Of a stretch of DNA of 64,000 nucleotides, positions 31,753 through 42,590 are shown one piece after another. This DNA is from Candidatus Cloacimonadales bacterium. Lineage in GTDB: Bacteria > Cloacimonadota > Cloacimonadia > Cloacimonadales > JAFGVF01. The position numbers and the translations under genes are program-made. The stretch's first letter is position 1. Each line of letters opens with the position of its first letter. The notes beneath the pieces were generated by a model. The model ran no database searches, had not been told where the DNA came from, and saw only the letters and a list, made by a program, of their open reading frames with translations. The stretch covers positions 1,376,001 through 1,440,000 of the forward strand of contig OY759729.1 of assembly GCA_963662585.1 (NCBI GenBank), in the 5' to 3' direction.

Positions 31753-32376
31753 TTAAACACCTTTCTTAAGAAGAACTAAGCTATTACGATGTCCTGGAAC
31801 TGCACCCTTAATCATTATAAGGTTTTTTTCCAAATCAACTTTAACAACTTTGAGGTTCTTTACAGTCACTTTATCAACTCCGTAATGACCCGCCATCTTC
31901 ATACCTTTTAATACACGGGCTGGAGTAGCACACATACCGATTGAACCGCCTCCTCTATATGATTCATGAACACCATGTGATGCCATGAAACCTTGGAAAT
32001 TATGCCTTTTCATAACACCTGCAAAACCTCTACCTTTAGAAGTTCCGGTGATAGAAACTAATTCATTAACTTGAAATAAGTCAACTTTGAATATATCCTT
32101 CAATTCTGTATCTCTGATATTTTTAACTCTGAATTCTTTTATGTATCTTACAGAGTCACATCCAACAGATTTGAAATAACCGGTCATCGGCTTATTAACT
32201 TTCTTTTCAGCAATTGGCTCATATCCTAATTTAATTGATGTATAACCATCTTTGTCTTTAGTTTTAATTTCTAAAACCTGACAAGGGCCGGCTTGTAAAA
32301 CTGTAACCGGAGTTACTATTCCGTTTTCATCAAAAACTTGAGTCATTCCTATCTTTTTTCCAATTAAACCTATCAT
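31753..32376 (-). CDS. rplC: 50S ribosomal protein L3
   Basis: GKKIGMTQ, SKGRGFAGVMKR, GMKMAGH, KGAVPG. Confidence 0.98.
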   Translation of the reverse strand: MIGLIGKKIGMTQVFDENGIVTPVTVLQAGPCQVLEIKTKDKDGYTSIKLGYEPIAEKKVNKPMTGYFKSVGCDSVRYIKEFRVKNIRDTELKDIFKVDLFQVNELVSITGTSKGRGFAGVMKRHNFQGFMASHGVHESYRGGGSIGMCATPARVLKGMKMAGHYGVDKVTVKNLKVVKVDLEKNLIMIKGAVPGHRNSLVLLKKGV

Positions 32377-32378
32377 CC

Positions 32379-32702
32379 TTAACCCCTTTGAGTTGCCTTA
32401 ATTTCCACATGAACACCAGCTGGCAGACTCATTTTCTTTAAAGCTGCAGTGGTTTGCGGAGTAGGATTAACTATATCCACCAATCTTTTATGCACTAACA
32501 TTTGGTATTGGTCTTGTGCCTTTTTATTAACGTGTGGAGATCTTAAAATTGTGTACAATGATCTTTCTGTTGGCAATGGAATCGGTCCAACAATCTTGGC
32601 ACCTGTATTTCTAGTGCTATGAATGATTTCTTGTACAGATTGATCCAACAGACGATGATCATAAGCTTTGAGTTTAATTCTGATTTTATTATCTTTACTC
32701 AC
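32379..32702 (-). CDS. rpsJ: 30S ribosomal protein S10 (likely GTG start at 32702)
   Basis: [35 protein letters not shown] 5 nt before the GTG. Confidence 0.97.
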   Translation of the reverse strand: MSKDNKIRIKLKAYDHRLLDQSVQEIIHSTRNTGAKIVGPIPLPTERSLYTILRSPHVNKKAQDQYQMLVHKRLVDIVNPTPQTTAALKKMSLPAGVHVEIKATQRG

Positions 32703-32814
32703 GGATTCCTCCATTTATAGTGGATCTATAAATATATCTGTATTTTTCTTAAATTTGTTTGATTTGTTTTATTTGAATTTTGTTAAATTGTTATTCAATT
32801 TCTTATATTTTCAC

Positions 32815-33000
32815 GCGATCGAGGGTTTTTGCAACACTATTTTTGACGCGTACAAATGATGTACTTGTCCACATGACTATGCAAACATGCGCATAGTCCC
32901 AACTATATGCGTTTCAAAGCGTTCCTCGTCCGCTTATCGCAAAGATCTACAAGCTTTCTTAGCAAGCTTTTGCTCTACCTCTCTTTTCGAGAGTGTGCCG
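32815..33000 (-). promoter_or_regulatory. Structured S10-operon 5' leader (candidate r-leader)
   Basis: GC-richer than flanks; hairpins CTCTC/GAGAG, GACTATGC/GCATAGTC, GTACA/TGTAC; closing helix GCGGACGAGG/CCTCGATCGC; TTGACA on the minus strand at 33032-33037. Confidence 0.6.
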
Positions 33001-33325
33001 TTTTTTGCATTTTTTTCTCACCTTACTTTTCTGTCAATATTTTTTTTTATTCTTTTAAATATTTAATTTTTCAAGTAGTTAGATAATAGACTAGAAAATA
33101 TTTATCTAGGCAAAGGATACTATTTTACTGCTTTTTTCTAGTACTAAAGCCCAAATTTCAAGCAAGAATTAACTTTCTTAATCATCTTCTCTTTATCGCC
33201 TAGCTAGCTCTCGGAGTGTCTTGCCAACATTGTATGACTATAAGAAATATGGAATCACCCCCTATGTTCCCCTCGCTGAGGAGGAATTAAGATTACACAT
33301 TTTTGATACTTAAGTCCTTTTCCTC

Positions 33326-33410
33326 TGCTCTTACTCTCTTTCCTCTCACTCAACACCAACATTAATTGAATTTTATTTAAGTTGAGTGAGAAGGAGCAAG
33401 GAAATAGCAA
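33326..33410. repeat. Palindromic MITE-like element, copy 2
   Basis: CTCACTCAAC...GTTGAGTGAGAAGGAGCAAGG. Confidence 0.6.
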
Positions 33411-33492
33411 TTTAAGAACAAGCAGTCATCCTTGATGCCAACCCTCTTTTAGCCTACTTTCAGCACAATATAACTAGAAAGGCTAGTATCTC

Positions 33493-33559
33493 TGCCCGCA
33501 CCACGCACTTGCGTGTTGGAGATTCTTTCAAGACCAGCATTATCTGCTGGTCGCGGGTA
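33493..33559. repeat. Second, shorter copy of the GC-rich multi-hairpin element
   Basis: TGCCCGC...GACCAGCA-N5-TGCTGGTC-GCGGGTA parallels 7234-7300. Confidence 0.55.
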
Positions 33560-33568
33560 AGGTATAAC

Positions 33569-33594
33569 AAAAAGCCCCACATTTCTGCAGGGCT
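33569..33594 (-). terminator. Intrinsic terminator of the C25 peptidase gene
   Basis: Minus strand AGCCCTGCA-GAAA-TGTGGGGCT-TTTT. Confidence 0.85.
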
Positions 33595-33646
33595 GTATAT
33601 TTGTTTTTATAGGAATGCCTTCAGGGATGAAGGTATTCCCAGACTT

Positions 33647-36600
33647 TTATTTCATTAATACCATTTTCTTGAAGTCAGTAGATTTCCCAACTTTTAATTT
33701 GGCAAAATAGATTCCTGAAGCAACGCTCTTAGCTTGGTCATTAATACCTTTCCAAACAACTTGATAATTCCCTGGAGATTTATTCTCTTTAAGAAGGGTT
33801 TTAACTTTCTGTCCTTTAAGATTATATATCTCAATTTCAACCAAAGAATTAGCTTTGCTAGAATTAACAGGAATAGTATAGTTAATAGTAGTTTCTGGAT
33901 TAAATGGGTTTGGATAATTACTGTTAATTTTAGCAGTAAGAAGTTCTACATCATTGGTGATATTATCTGTTGGAGAGACGATATGAACATCATCTACATA
34001 CCAACCTTCTCCAGTAGTAGCTCCATCTGAGCCAAAGACAAAACGGAATTGAACTTGACCTGAAGCAGAACCTAAATTGAATATTTCCTCGCTCCAAGGA
34101 ATAGTCCCAGAATAAACAGGAGTTGAACCAGCTATAGGACTTGCTTGGTTTGTTCTCATATAATAAGGATAGCCACCAAGAGGTTCGATAATATTAAAAG
34201 CACCACCATTAATAGACATTTCAATATAGCCCCCATCCCAGGCATAAGTTGGATTGGTAGCATCTTTCTCAGCATTCATTTTCTGAGAGAAGATAAATTG
34301 GGAATTTGCTACAATATTAAAAGATGGAGTAATAAGGTAACCATAAGCACTATTAGAATAATTTGAGGCATTATTACCACCAAATTTGAAACTAAAACTA
34401 CCGTTTGGAGTATTATTCTCATAATCAGATCTATGCCATTGATTAACAAATTGACTATTTGGCTGTTCAGTAATAAAGCCATCATTTCCGGTTTCAAAGG
34501 TAAATTGATCAAGACCAACTAAGAAATCATAGATGAATTCATTAACATTAAAGAAAGGATCTACCACCGTAACAACGAAATTTCCAGGGTCATAATCTTC
34601 TAAAGAATCATTAATATTAAGAGTAAAAATATCTTCCAAAGTAATAGTCTCTTGCGGAGCAATTTCAACTATTTGATATGAGGCAGGAGAGACAGTGACA
34701 CCATTATAATAAGAATAGAATATCAAATCAATATTTCTGGCATATCCTGAACCGCTGTTAGTAAAAGATAGATTAATTGGATTATTAGTATTAGCATCTG
34801 GAGCTAAAGCTGAATTTGCCAAAGCCACAGCTCCAAGGGTAACATTGGAAGCATTCAAAGTTAGATGACTCTGATTTGTTGAAGTTTCATCTCCAAAATA
34901 AGTAATAAATCTAAGTTCAGCTTCTTCAAGATCAGGGTATCCACCTAGATTATGAACTTCAAATACATTGGTAAAAGATAGTATTTCTTGTCCGTTGAGT
35001 GAACCAATATAGACTGAATCTTGTAGAACTTCAAGATAATCACTCATGGAGATTAATTTCATATAGGCATCTCCGACATAATTATCTGTACCAAAGTTCT
35101 TGACATCTAAATTAAAGGAGGTAAAATCATTAGCGTTAAAGTTTGTTGTTGAGTTATTATTAACAATACTTGTGATAGCAATATATGGCTGATTATCTTG
35201 AACAATTTCAATATCTATCACTTTTGGAAGATGATTAGCAGCGTTTAAAATAAGACGATAATTACCTGCCATCAAAGAGCTTGTGGTAACAACACTCAGA
35301 TTACCAAGAATATCTCTTTCTCCACTCCAAAGAATTTCATTATCATTATTAATCAAAGCAGCTGTTACTTCTGAAGTTGTTATATCTAATTGATAAGATG
35401 ATTGTCCCTGTTCCCAAACATTACTAATATTATCAGTAATAACAAGTGGAGTCTCTTTCCAAAGATTCATAGCAGGATCGCCAAAAAGATTTGTTTCATA
35501 ATAGACCCAATACATAGTTCCGTTATCCATCATAGGAATATTATCTATTTTGCAGTCATTAAGAGTCTCACCTATTTCAGCAATTTCTTCTGTAAAGATA
35601 GCATCAACCCACTGTCTGTGGAACTTTTGTGAAACACCATTTGTAGATCCTTGCTGACCCCAGCCATAACGAGAATGAGAAATCATAGCAACTGCAGATG
35701 TTTCGATAGCTGTAAATCTTTCAGTGATACTATCAGCACCATAATTACCAACAGAAGTTCCTCTATTATCAAAAGCACCAGCATAGCAACCTTGAGTGAA
35801 TATAACTGAGAAATTACCATTATTACCATTGTTAGTAATATTATTAGTTGTAACAGTATTATTAGTTAATCTCATATTATAGTTAGTGTTAGAGTGTCCA
35901 AGATGGTTAATATAAGTAGGACCAGCATTCATTAGAGGATAAAGTTGAGATCCAGACCAAGCTTCTTCATAACCATAAGTTCTATCATAGAGGGTTGAAA
36001 AAGTCCAATCCTCAGGAAAACCTGTGGTTTCATAACCATAGAGATTAGTATTACCGATTAATTCATCCATACTATCACCACCCCAAGTTGGTCCTTCCCA
36101 AAGCCATTCTCCTACCATTAAAGAAGTCTCAACTAAATTAACTACTGGTTCTTCTGTAAATTTATGAAGTTTATTAATTATATCATCTAATTCACTTGCA
36201 TCATTAAAGCAGATTCTTCCAACAGCTAACTCAGGCATCAAGTCTGTCTCTTGTTCTTCTCCAAAAACATTATCATTATCAGCATCCCAAGAGCCATTTA
36301 AGTTGGAGTAATAACAATCAGCTGGAATGTCATAATCTGTTTCAGCTTCATTTCCAGCATAGAAACCACGGTGGGGAATAACATCATCATCACCAGCAAG
36401 AAGCACAAATTGAAGATCATTAGTAGGCTGAGAATAGTAATATTTGATATACTCTCTAATTTTCTCAGGAGTATCTCTGTAGCTAGCGCCATTAGGAAGA
36501 GGATTATTTTCAATATGTTCTATAGAAATTAGCTCTACGCTTCTATTTCTAATATTATGATAATACTCAATTTGCTGAATTTGAGTTAAGTAAGCTTCAG

Positions 36601-37261
36601 GATAGATAATTAAATAATCAATGCCTGAATTTCTCGCTGAATTAGGCATAGGAACCATTTGAGGATTATCTACACTCTTGATTAATCTATTATAAACAGA
36701 CGAATTATCTTTTCTCAAATTTTGAGCTTCTAACCCAGCATTTGTTACAGCAGTTTCGATTTCTAAAGTTGCTTGGGTATACCAAACAAGTCTATTCTCT
36801 AGTGGATAATACTCTATCGGTGAAAAAACAAAAGATCCTACACTATGTCCAGCCATGAAATCAGTTCTGATATTCTTAGTTCTTTCATAAGGGAAAGCCT
36901 TGGCGGAGTTATATATCTCCATATTTGGCTCTGTGAATTTAGCATCTTCCATTAAAGAAAGTGGGTACTGTTGCTGAACAGGGAAAAGAGCTTTATCTAA
37001 AATAATCTCTTGCGCTTTCCCTAAACGAACATTGATAGAAGTAATCTCTTCACTTTGAGGAAGATAGATTAAAACACCTTTATAAGGTATCTCAGGTTGT
37101 GCAGTCACACCATTAGAAAAACAATCCTGAAGAGATATTTTAGTGTAATCTCCAGCATTTTCAATTACAGGTTTATCAAAATCATAAGTCATTGTTATTG
37201 AGCCAAACATTAGTTGGGCAGTAAAAATTAAAAGAAATAAAAGTATTAGTCGCTTAGTCAT
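33647..37261 (-). CDS. Gingipain-family (C25) cysteine peptidase with propeptide and FlgD-Ig/T9SS-like CTD
   Basis: Signal peptide from MTKRLILL (GGAGG RBS); FVLLAGD, ELAVGRI, catalytic NHLGHS and TQGCYAG, NLFGDPA; NYPNPFNP CTD. Confidence 0.88.
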   Translation of the reverse strand: MTKRLILLFLLIFTAQLMFGSITMTYDFDKPVIENAGDYTKISLQDCFSNGVTAQPEIPYKGVLIYLPQSEEITSINVRLGKAQEIILDKALFPVQQQYPLSLMEDAKFTEPNMEIYNSAKAFPYERTKNIRTDFMAGHSVGSFVFSPIEYYPLENRLVWYTQATLEIETAVTNAGLEAQNLRKDNSSVYNRLIKSVDNPQMVPMPNSARNSGIDYLIIYPEAYLTQIQQIEYYHNIRNRSVELISIEHIENNPLPNGASYRDTPEKIREYIKYYYSQPTNDLQFVLLAGDDDVIPHRGFYAGNEAETDYDIPADCYYSNLNGSWDADNDNVFGEEQETDLMPELAVGRICFNDASELDDIINKLHKFTEEPVVNLVETSLMVGEWLWEGPTWGGDSMDELIGNTNLYGYETTGFPEDWTFSTLYDRTYGYEEAWSGSQLYPLMNAGPTYINHLGHSNTNYNMRLTNNTVTTNNITNNGNNGNFSVIFTQGCYAGAFDNRGTSVGNYGADSITERFTAIETSAVAMISHSRYGWGQQGSTNGVSQKFHRQWVDAIFTEEIAEIGETLNDCKIDNIPMMDNGTMYWVYYETNLFGDPAMNLWKETPLVITDNISNVWEQGQSSYQLDITTSEVTAALINNDNEILWSGERDILGNLSVVTTSSLMAGNYRLILNAANHLPKVIDIEIVQDNQPYIAITSIVNNNSTTNFNANDFTSFNLDVKNFGTDNYVGDAYMKLISMSDYLEVLQDSVYIGSLNGQEILSFTNVFEVHNLGGYPDLEEAELRFITYFGDETSTNQSHLTLNASNVTLGAVALANSALAPDANTNNPINLSFTNSGSGYARNIDLIFYSYYNGVTVSPASYQIVEIAPQETITLEDIFTLNINDSLEDYDPGNFVVTVVDPFFNVNEFIYDFLVGLDQFTFETGNDGFITEQPNSQFVNQWHRSDYENNTPNGSFSFKFGGNNASNYSNSAYGYLITPSFNIVANSQFIFSQKMNAEKDATNPTYAWDGGYIEMSINGGAFNIIEPLGGYPYYMRTNQASPIAGSTPVYSGTIPWSEEIFNLGSASGQVQFRFVFGSDGATTGEGWYVDDVHIVSPTDNITNDVELLTAKINSNYPNPFNPETTINYTIPVNSSKANSLVEIEIYNLKGQKVKTLLKENKSPGNYQVVWKGINDQAKSVASGIYFAKLKVGKSTDFKKMVLMK

Positions 37262-37280
37262 CGATCCTCCGATCTTATTT

Positions 37281-37309
37281 ATTATATATCCTAATAATAC
37301 TCCTTGCAA
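37281..37309 (-). promoter_or_regulatory. sigma70 promoter of the C25 gene
   Basis: Minus strand TTGCAA-N17-TATAAT. Confidence 0.6.
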
Positions 37310-37515
37310 ATTACTCTCCATTAGTCAATAGAATAAATTTAAATACTTGTGAGAATTACTAAAATGCAATTAAATTGGGTTGGGATGAGAGGAGTTACTT
37401 ACTGAGAAAGTGAAACGGTTTTACCTGCAAGACATAAAGAACACAAAAAGAAGAAAAAACATGGAAGACAGATAACTCAGATTAAGCATAATAACTACTT
37501 TTAAATGCTGTTTTT

Positions 37516-37672
37516 AAAAAGTAAAGAGATAATTGGAAAATCCAATCATCTCTTTGTTTAAAGGGAGAGGTCGTCATCACATAAACTCTCATTAATATAG
37601 ACGGAAAAAGTGGAATATTTCTTCCTAGTTTGTCATATAACTCTGGTATTCAAACTCTTACAAGAGTTCAGC
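37516..37672 (-). promoter_or_regulatory. Conserved intergenic module, copy 1 (variant -35 AGGAAGA-N16-CGTCTAT; hairpin plus U-tract)
   Basis: Shares AATATAGACG..GGAATATTTC, AAGGGA..GTC, TTACAAGAG.TCAG and a GAGAT..ATCTC hairpin with copies at 42361 and 47403. Confidence 0.55.
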
Positions 37673-37776
37673 GAATTTATGAATATTGCCCATCTTAAAA
37701 AACTTCACACACGATATCTTAGTTCAACTTAAAGATTCTTAGTTTAAGATGCTATTTCATTAATAACATTTTCTTT
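37658..37776. repeat. ~120-bp direct repeat of 42496-42615 (gene 3' end plus downstream flank)
   Basis: Near-identical sequence from TTACAAGAGTTCAGCG to CTATTTCATTAATAACATTTTCTTT. Confidence 0.9.
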
Positions 37777-39968
37777 ACAACTTCCTCTTCCCCATTCTTT
37801 ACTCGATACAGATATGTTCCGGAACTTACTTTCTTACCAGAATCATTGTCTCCATACCACACGACATTATGCATTCCAGCCTCCTGCTTCTCTGAAAGCA
37901 AACTCTTTACTTTCTGTCCTTTGAGATTATAGATATCCACCGTAACATTTCCTTTTTTAGTAATATCGTAAGAAATCCTAGTTTCAGGATTAAAAGGATT
38001 AGGATAATTATAACTATTAATCTCATTAGACTGCACAATTTCATAGCTATCATTTTCGGTATAATATATTATGTCATAGCAGATTAAAAGACTTTGACGA
38101 GAAAGATATAGTTTATTGTTATGAACATCAAAATCTGTAAACTGGCTCGGAGTGCATAAATTTGCAGTGTAGGATGCAACTTGGCTATAATTACCCAATC
38201 CATCCAACTGATACATTTTTATCTGAGAAGTTCCTCTGTTACTTACGCTATAAAGGTAATCACCAACAACTTCAATATCATTACTATATATAACATCAGA
38301 AGTTATTGTATTCAGTAAAGTCCAATTCTCAATATCAGTAATATCATAGATAAATATATCTGGTAAATAAGCATGATTTACTGCATAATAATTGATAAAT
38401 GAGGCATATAAAATACTATCTTTCACTTGAAACTTGGCATAATTTGCCGTGTGTTGAGTCCCCTGCAGAGTGTTACATGAGAAGGAAGAGAGATAATCCG
38501 GCTCTATTGGATTACTTAAATCATAAATTGAGACGCGTAAATATTCATTTACCAATAATAGATAATGATCAATAACATAAGAACTTATCGGAGCATAAAT
38601 TATTTCATTAACATTAACTGAACTTAATATTTCAGGACTTTCCGGCTCAGAAATATCTGTAATTTGCATTTGCAGACTTTCTCCGTCTATATTGTAGAAG
38701 TAATCATCATAAGTAGCTATTTTACCTATCGAGCCCAAATCTATTGAGGAAGAGAACTCTGGATTTGCTACTCCATTTTCAGTATTTAAGATTGTCAAGT
38801 TCTCATCAGTAGCCAATAGTAACTTATCCTCAGTAGCTAGGTATTTTTTAAACCTAGTATTCCAGTCCCTGTTATTATCAGCTGGTATTTCTTGTATGTT
38901 ATCAGAATCACTTAAATCAAACATCTTAAGTTTTGGGTAAGCAACATCTAAAAGAGTATTTTCAATAATTTCAATGCCTACATAGTTTTGATAAGAATTT
39001 AAATTGTATAATATCTCTGGATTATCGATATCACTGAAATCAACAATTACTAGACCATACTCCTTATTTGGTTTAATGTAGTAGTCTCCTATCATAGTTG
39101 GTTTTGATCGGTAGTAATAATGGTCATCACGCCAACTTTGATACTGAACAATATTGTTTACATCACTAATATCCCAATAATAGCCATCAGCACTGATTAG
39201 AGTGGAAGAATTTCCAATAGTTGATATATTGTACTCATCATTATCTAGAGGAGGTAAAGGACCAAAGGTTTCCATTAGCTCAAGTCCGTTTGAATAAACA
39301 AATACATAAAGATAATCTTTTTCTCTCACAAAAATTCTCTCATTTTGAATAGCCATAACTGCAAATGCACCTGTATCATTTATCTCGTATGAATCAATTA
39401 AGTCTACTTCAGTTGGTAAGCTCATTGAATAATCTTCTAATACAAAACTATTAGATTCTGAATAAGATTTTAGAGCAAAAAGCCTATTTTCGACTACTTT
39501 AAATTGTACTGTAGAAGTTAATATTTGGGAAGGGGGAAGATTAAAATCCATAGTATTATAAACATATATGGAGTCTGATTTTACGATGAGATAATTATTA
39601 ATTAATTGGCAATCATAAATAATATCGAAATTAAGAGCTGAAATTTCTAACGGATTTTCACTATTTATTATATCATATAACATAATATCGTGATAATCTG
39701 TATTGTAGTGGATAAGATAATTACCTGAAGAATATACCCTATTATACAAGTATGAATAGTCATGATTGATGACATTAACTAACTCTAATGTTTCATTACT
39801 GTAATTATAAATTGAGACCCCATTTAAACTAGCTACATAGAGAGTAGAATCCTTACTGGCAACAGAAAGTGCATCTTCAGAAACAGATAAAATAGAATTA
39901 TACTCAAAAGTCCAAACTAAACTTATTAAAAAAGCAAAGGCTAATATTAAAACTACTTTTTTCATCAT
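37752..39968 (-). CDS. Secreted LVIVD-repeat/beta-propeller-like protein with FlgD-Ig/T9SS-like CTD (paralog A)
   Basis: Signal peptide; repeated YDISxPxxP / GLVIVDFSD motifs; NYPNPFNP...KKMLLMK. Confidence 0.75.
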   Translation of the reverse strand: MMKKVVLILAFAFLISLVWTFEYNSILSVSEDALSVASKDSTLYVASLNGVSIYNYSNETLELVNVINHDYSYLYNRVYSSGNYLIHYNTDYHDIMLYDIINSENPLEISALNFDIIYDCQLINNYLIVKSDSIYVYNTMDFNLPPSQILTSTVQFKVVENRLFALKSYSESNSFVLEDYSMSLPTEVDLIDSYEINDTGAFAVMAIQNERIFVREKDYLYVFVYSNGLELMETFGPLPPLDNDEYNISTIGNSSTLISADGYYWDISDVNNIVQYQSWRDDHYYYRSKPTMIGDYYIKPNKEYGLVIVDFSDIDNPEILYNLNSYQNYVGIEIIENTLLDVAYPKLKMFDLSDSDNIQEIPADNNRDWNTRFKKYLATEDKLLLATDENLTILNTENGVANPEFSSSIDLGSIGKIATYDDYFYNIDGESLQMQITDISEPESPEILSSVNVNEIIYAPISSYVIDHYLLLVNEYLRVSIYDLSNPIEPDYLSSFSCNTLQGTQHTANYAKFQVKDSILYASFINYYAVNHAYLPDIFIYDITDIENWTLLNTITSDVIYSNDIEVVGDYLYSVSNRGTSQIKMYQLDGLGNYSQVASYTANLCTPSQFTDFDVHNNKLYLSRQSLLICYDIIYYTENDSYEIVQSNEINSYNYPNPFNPETRISYDITKKGNVTVDIYNLKGQKVKSLLSEKQEAGMHNVVWYGDNDSGKKVSSGTYLYRVKNGEEEVVKKMLLMK

Positions 39969-39988
39969 TTCTCCTTATTTAATTACAA

Positions 39989-40017
39989 GATACGCCATGA
40001 AAATTCCATGGCGTATC
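39989..40017. other. Intercistronic 11-bp stem-loop without U-tract
   Basis: GATACGCCATG-N7-CATGGCGTATC. Confidence 0.7.
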
Positions 40018-40026
40018 AGATTTATA

Positions 40027-42240
40027 CTATTTGAGTAGAACCATTTTATTGGTTTTGGTATAATTCCCACAAGATAAACGATAATAATAGACACCGGAAG
40101 CAACTTCTTTGCCTTGATTATTTGTACCATTCCAAATTATCTTATGAACTCCCATATCCATCTCTTCATTGATTAAACTTTTAACCTTCTGACCTTTTAA
40201 GTTATATACAACTAATTCAACTTTATCTCTTTGAGGTAAGTCAAAAGAAATCGTAGTTTCAGGGTTGAAAGGATTAGGATAATTATAGCTATAAATCTCA
40301 TTAGACTGCACAATTTCATAGCTATTATTTTCGGTATAATATATTATGTCATAGCAGATTAAAAGACTTTGACGAGAAAGATATAGTTTATTGTTATGAA
40401 CATCAAAATCTGTAAACTGGCTCGGAGTGCATAAATTTGCAGTGTAGGATGCAACTTGGCTATAATTACCCAATCCATCCAACTGATACATTTTTATCTG
40501 AGTTTGTCCTCTGTTACTTACGCTATAGAGGTAATCACCAACAACTTCAATATCATTACTATATATAACATCGGAAGTTATCGTATTCAGTAAAGTCCAA
40601 TTCTCAATATCAGCAATATCATAGATAAATATATCTGGTAAATAAGCATGATTTACTGCATAATAATTGATAAATGAGGCATATAAAATACTATCTTTCA
40701 CTTGAAACTTGGCATAATTTGCCGTGTGTTGAGTCCCCTGCAGAGTGTTACATGAGAAGGAAGAGAGATAATCCGGCTCTATTGGATTACTTAAATCATA
40801 AATTGAGACGCGTAAATATTCATTTACCAATAATAGATAATGATCAATAACATAAGAACTTATCGGAGCATAAATTATTTCATTAACATTAACTGAACTT
40901 AATATTTCAGGACTTTCCGGCTCAGAAATATCTGTAATTTGCATTTGCAGACTTTCTCCGTCTATATTGTAGAAGTAATCATCATAAGTAGCTATTTTAC
41001 CTATCGAGCCCAAATCTATTGAGGAAGAGAACTCTGGATTTGCTACTCCATTTTCAGTATTTAAGATTGTCAAGTTCTCATCAGTAGCCAATAGTAACTT
41101 ATCCTCAGTAGCTAGGTATTTTTTAAACCTAGTATTCCAGTCCCTGTTATTATCAGCTGGTATTTCTTGTATGTTATCAGAATCACTTAAATCAAACATC
41201 TTAAGTTTTGGGTAAGCAACATCTAAAAGAGTATTTTCAATAATTTCAATGCCTACATAGTTTTGATAAGAATTTAAATTGTATAATATCTCTGGATTAT
41301 CGATATCACTGAAATCAACAATTACTAGACCATACTCCTTATTTGGTTTAATGTAGTAGTCTCCTATCATAGTTGGTTTTGATCGGTAGTAATAATGGTC
41401 ATCACGCCAACTTTGATACTGAACAATATTGTTTACATCACTAATATCCCAATAATAGCCATCAGCACTGATTAGAGTGGAAGAATTTCCAATAGTTGAT
41501 ATATTGTACTCATCATTATCTAGAGGAGGTAAAGGACCAAAGGTTTCCATTAGCTCAAGTCCGTTTGAATAAACAAATACATAAAGATAATCTTTTTCTC
41601 TCACAAAAATTCTCTCATTTTGAATAGCCATAACTGCAAATGCACCTGTATCATTTATCTCGTATGAATCAATTAAGTCTACTTCAGTTGGTAAGCTCAT
41701 TGAATAATCTTCTAATACAAAACTATTAGATTCTGAATAAGATTTTAGAGCAAAAAGCCTATTTTCGACTACTTTAAATTGTACTGTAGAAGTTAATATT
41801 TGGGAAGGGGGAAGATTAAAATCCATAGTATTATAAACATATATGGAGTCTGATTTTACGATGAGATAATTATTAATTAATTGGCAATCATAAATAATAT
41901 CGAAATTAAGAGCTGAAATTTCTAACGGATTTTCACTATTTGTTATATCATATAACATAATATCGTGATAATCTGTATTGTAGTGAATAAGATAATTACC
42001 TGAAGAATATACCCTATTATACAAGTATGAATAGTCATGATTGATGACATTAACTAACTCTAATGTTTCATTACTGTAATTATAAATTGATATTCCATTT
42101 AAACTAGCTACATAGAGAGTAGAATCCTTACTGGCAACAGAAAGTGCATCTTCAGACACCGACAAAATAGAATTATATTCAAAAGTCCAAACTAAACTTA
42201 TTAAAAAAGCAAAGGCTAATATTAAAACTACTTTTTTCAT
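40027..42240 (-). CDS. Paralog B of the LVIVD-like secreted protein, with a different CTD (start corrected to MKKVVLIL)
   Basis: Body nearly identical to 37752-39968; sequence after NYPNPFNPET is a different CTD; AGGAG RBS before ATG 42240. Confidence 0.75.
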   Translation of the reverse strand: MKKVVLILAFAFLISLVWTFEYNSILSVSEDALSVASKDSTLYVASLNGISIYNYSNETLELVNVINHDYSYLYNRVYSSGNYLIHYNTDYHDIMLYDITNSENPLEISALNFDIIYDCQLINNYLIVKSDSIYVYNTMDFNLPPSQILTSTVQFKVVENRLFALKSYSESNSFVLEDYSMSLPTEVDLIDSYEINDTGAFAVMAIQNERIFVREKDYLYVFVYSNGLELMETFGPLPPLDNDEYNISTIGNSSTLISADGYYWDISDVNNIVQYQSWRDDHYYYRSKPTMIGDYYIKPNKEYGLVIVDFSDIDNPEILYNLNSYQNYVGIEIIENTLLDVAYPKLKMFDLSDSDNIQEIPADNNRDWNTRFKKYLATEDKLLLATDENLTILNTENGVANPEFSSSIDLGSIGKIATYDDYFYNIDGESLQMQITDISEPESPEILSSVNVNEIIYAPISSYVIDHYLLLVNEYLRVSIYDLSNPIEPDYLSSFSCNTLQGTQHTANYAKFQVKDSILYASFINYYAVNHAYLPDIFIYDIADIENWTLLNTITSDVIYSNDIEVVGDYLYSVSNRGQTQIKMYQLDGLGNYSQVASYTANLCTPSQFTDFDVHNNKLYLSRQSLLICYDIIYYTENNSYEIVQSNEIYSYNYPNPFNPETTISFDLPQRDKVELVVYNLKGQKVKSLINEEMDMGVHKIIWNGTNNQGKEVASGVYYYRLSCGNYTKTNKMVLLK

Positions 42241-42360
42241 AATTTCTCCTAATGTTTTACTCTTTTTCATCTTTTATACTTCTATTTATTTTTGTCAACT
42301 ATTTACCTAGATATTTTAAATATTCATTGTCACGATTTAGACATTATACTTCTTATCAAC

Positions 42361-42510
42361 GAAAGAGATAATGGTTTTCCACATTATCTCAATCGCTGAA
42401 GGGAAAAGTCATCATAACTTAAGTTCTCACTAATATAGACGGAAAAAAGGGAATATTTCTGACAAGTTTATTCTATGATATTGTTATTCAACTTCTTACA
42501 AGAGTTCAGC
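42361..42510 (-). promoter_or_regulatory. Conserved intergenic module, copy 2: TGTCAGA-N16-CGTC ECF-type promoter (42438-42464) plus hairpin
   Basis: Exact 16-nt spacer; hairpin GAGATAATG/CATTATCTC at 42365-42390. Confidence 0.6.
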
Positions 42511-42590
42511 GAATTTATGAATATTGCCCATCCTGAAAAAACTTCACACCCGATATCTTAGTTCAACTTAAAGATTCTTAGTTTAAGATG

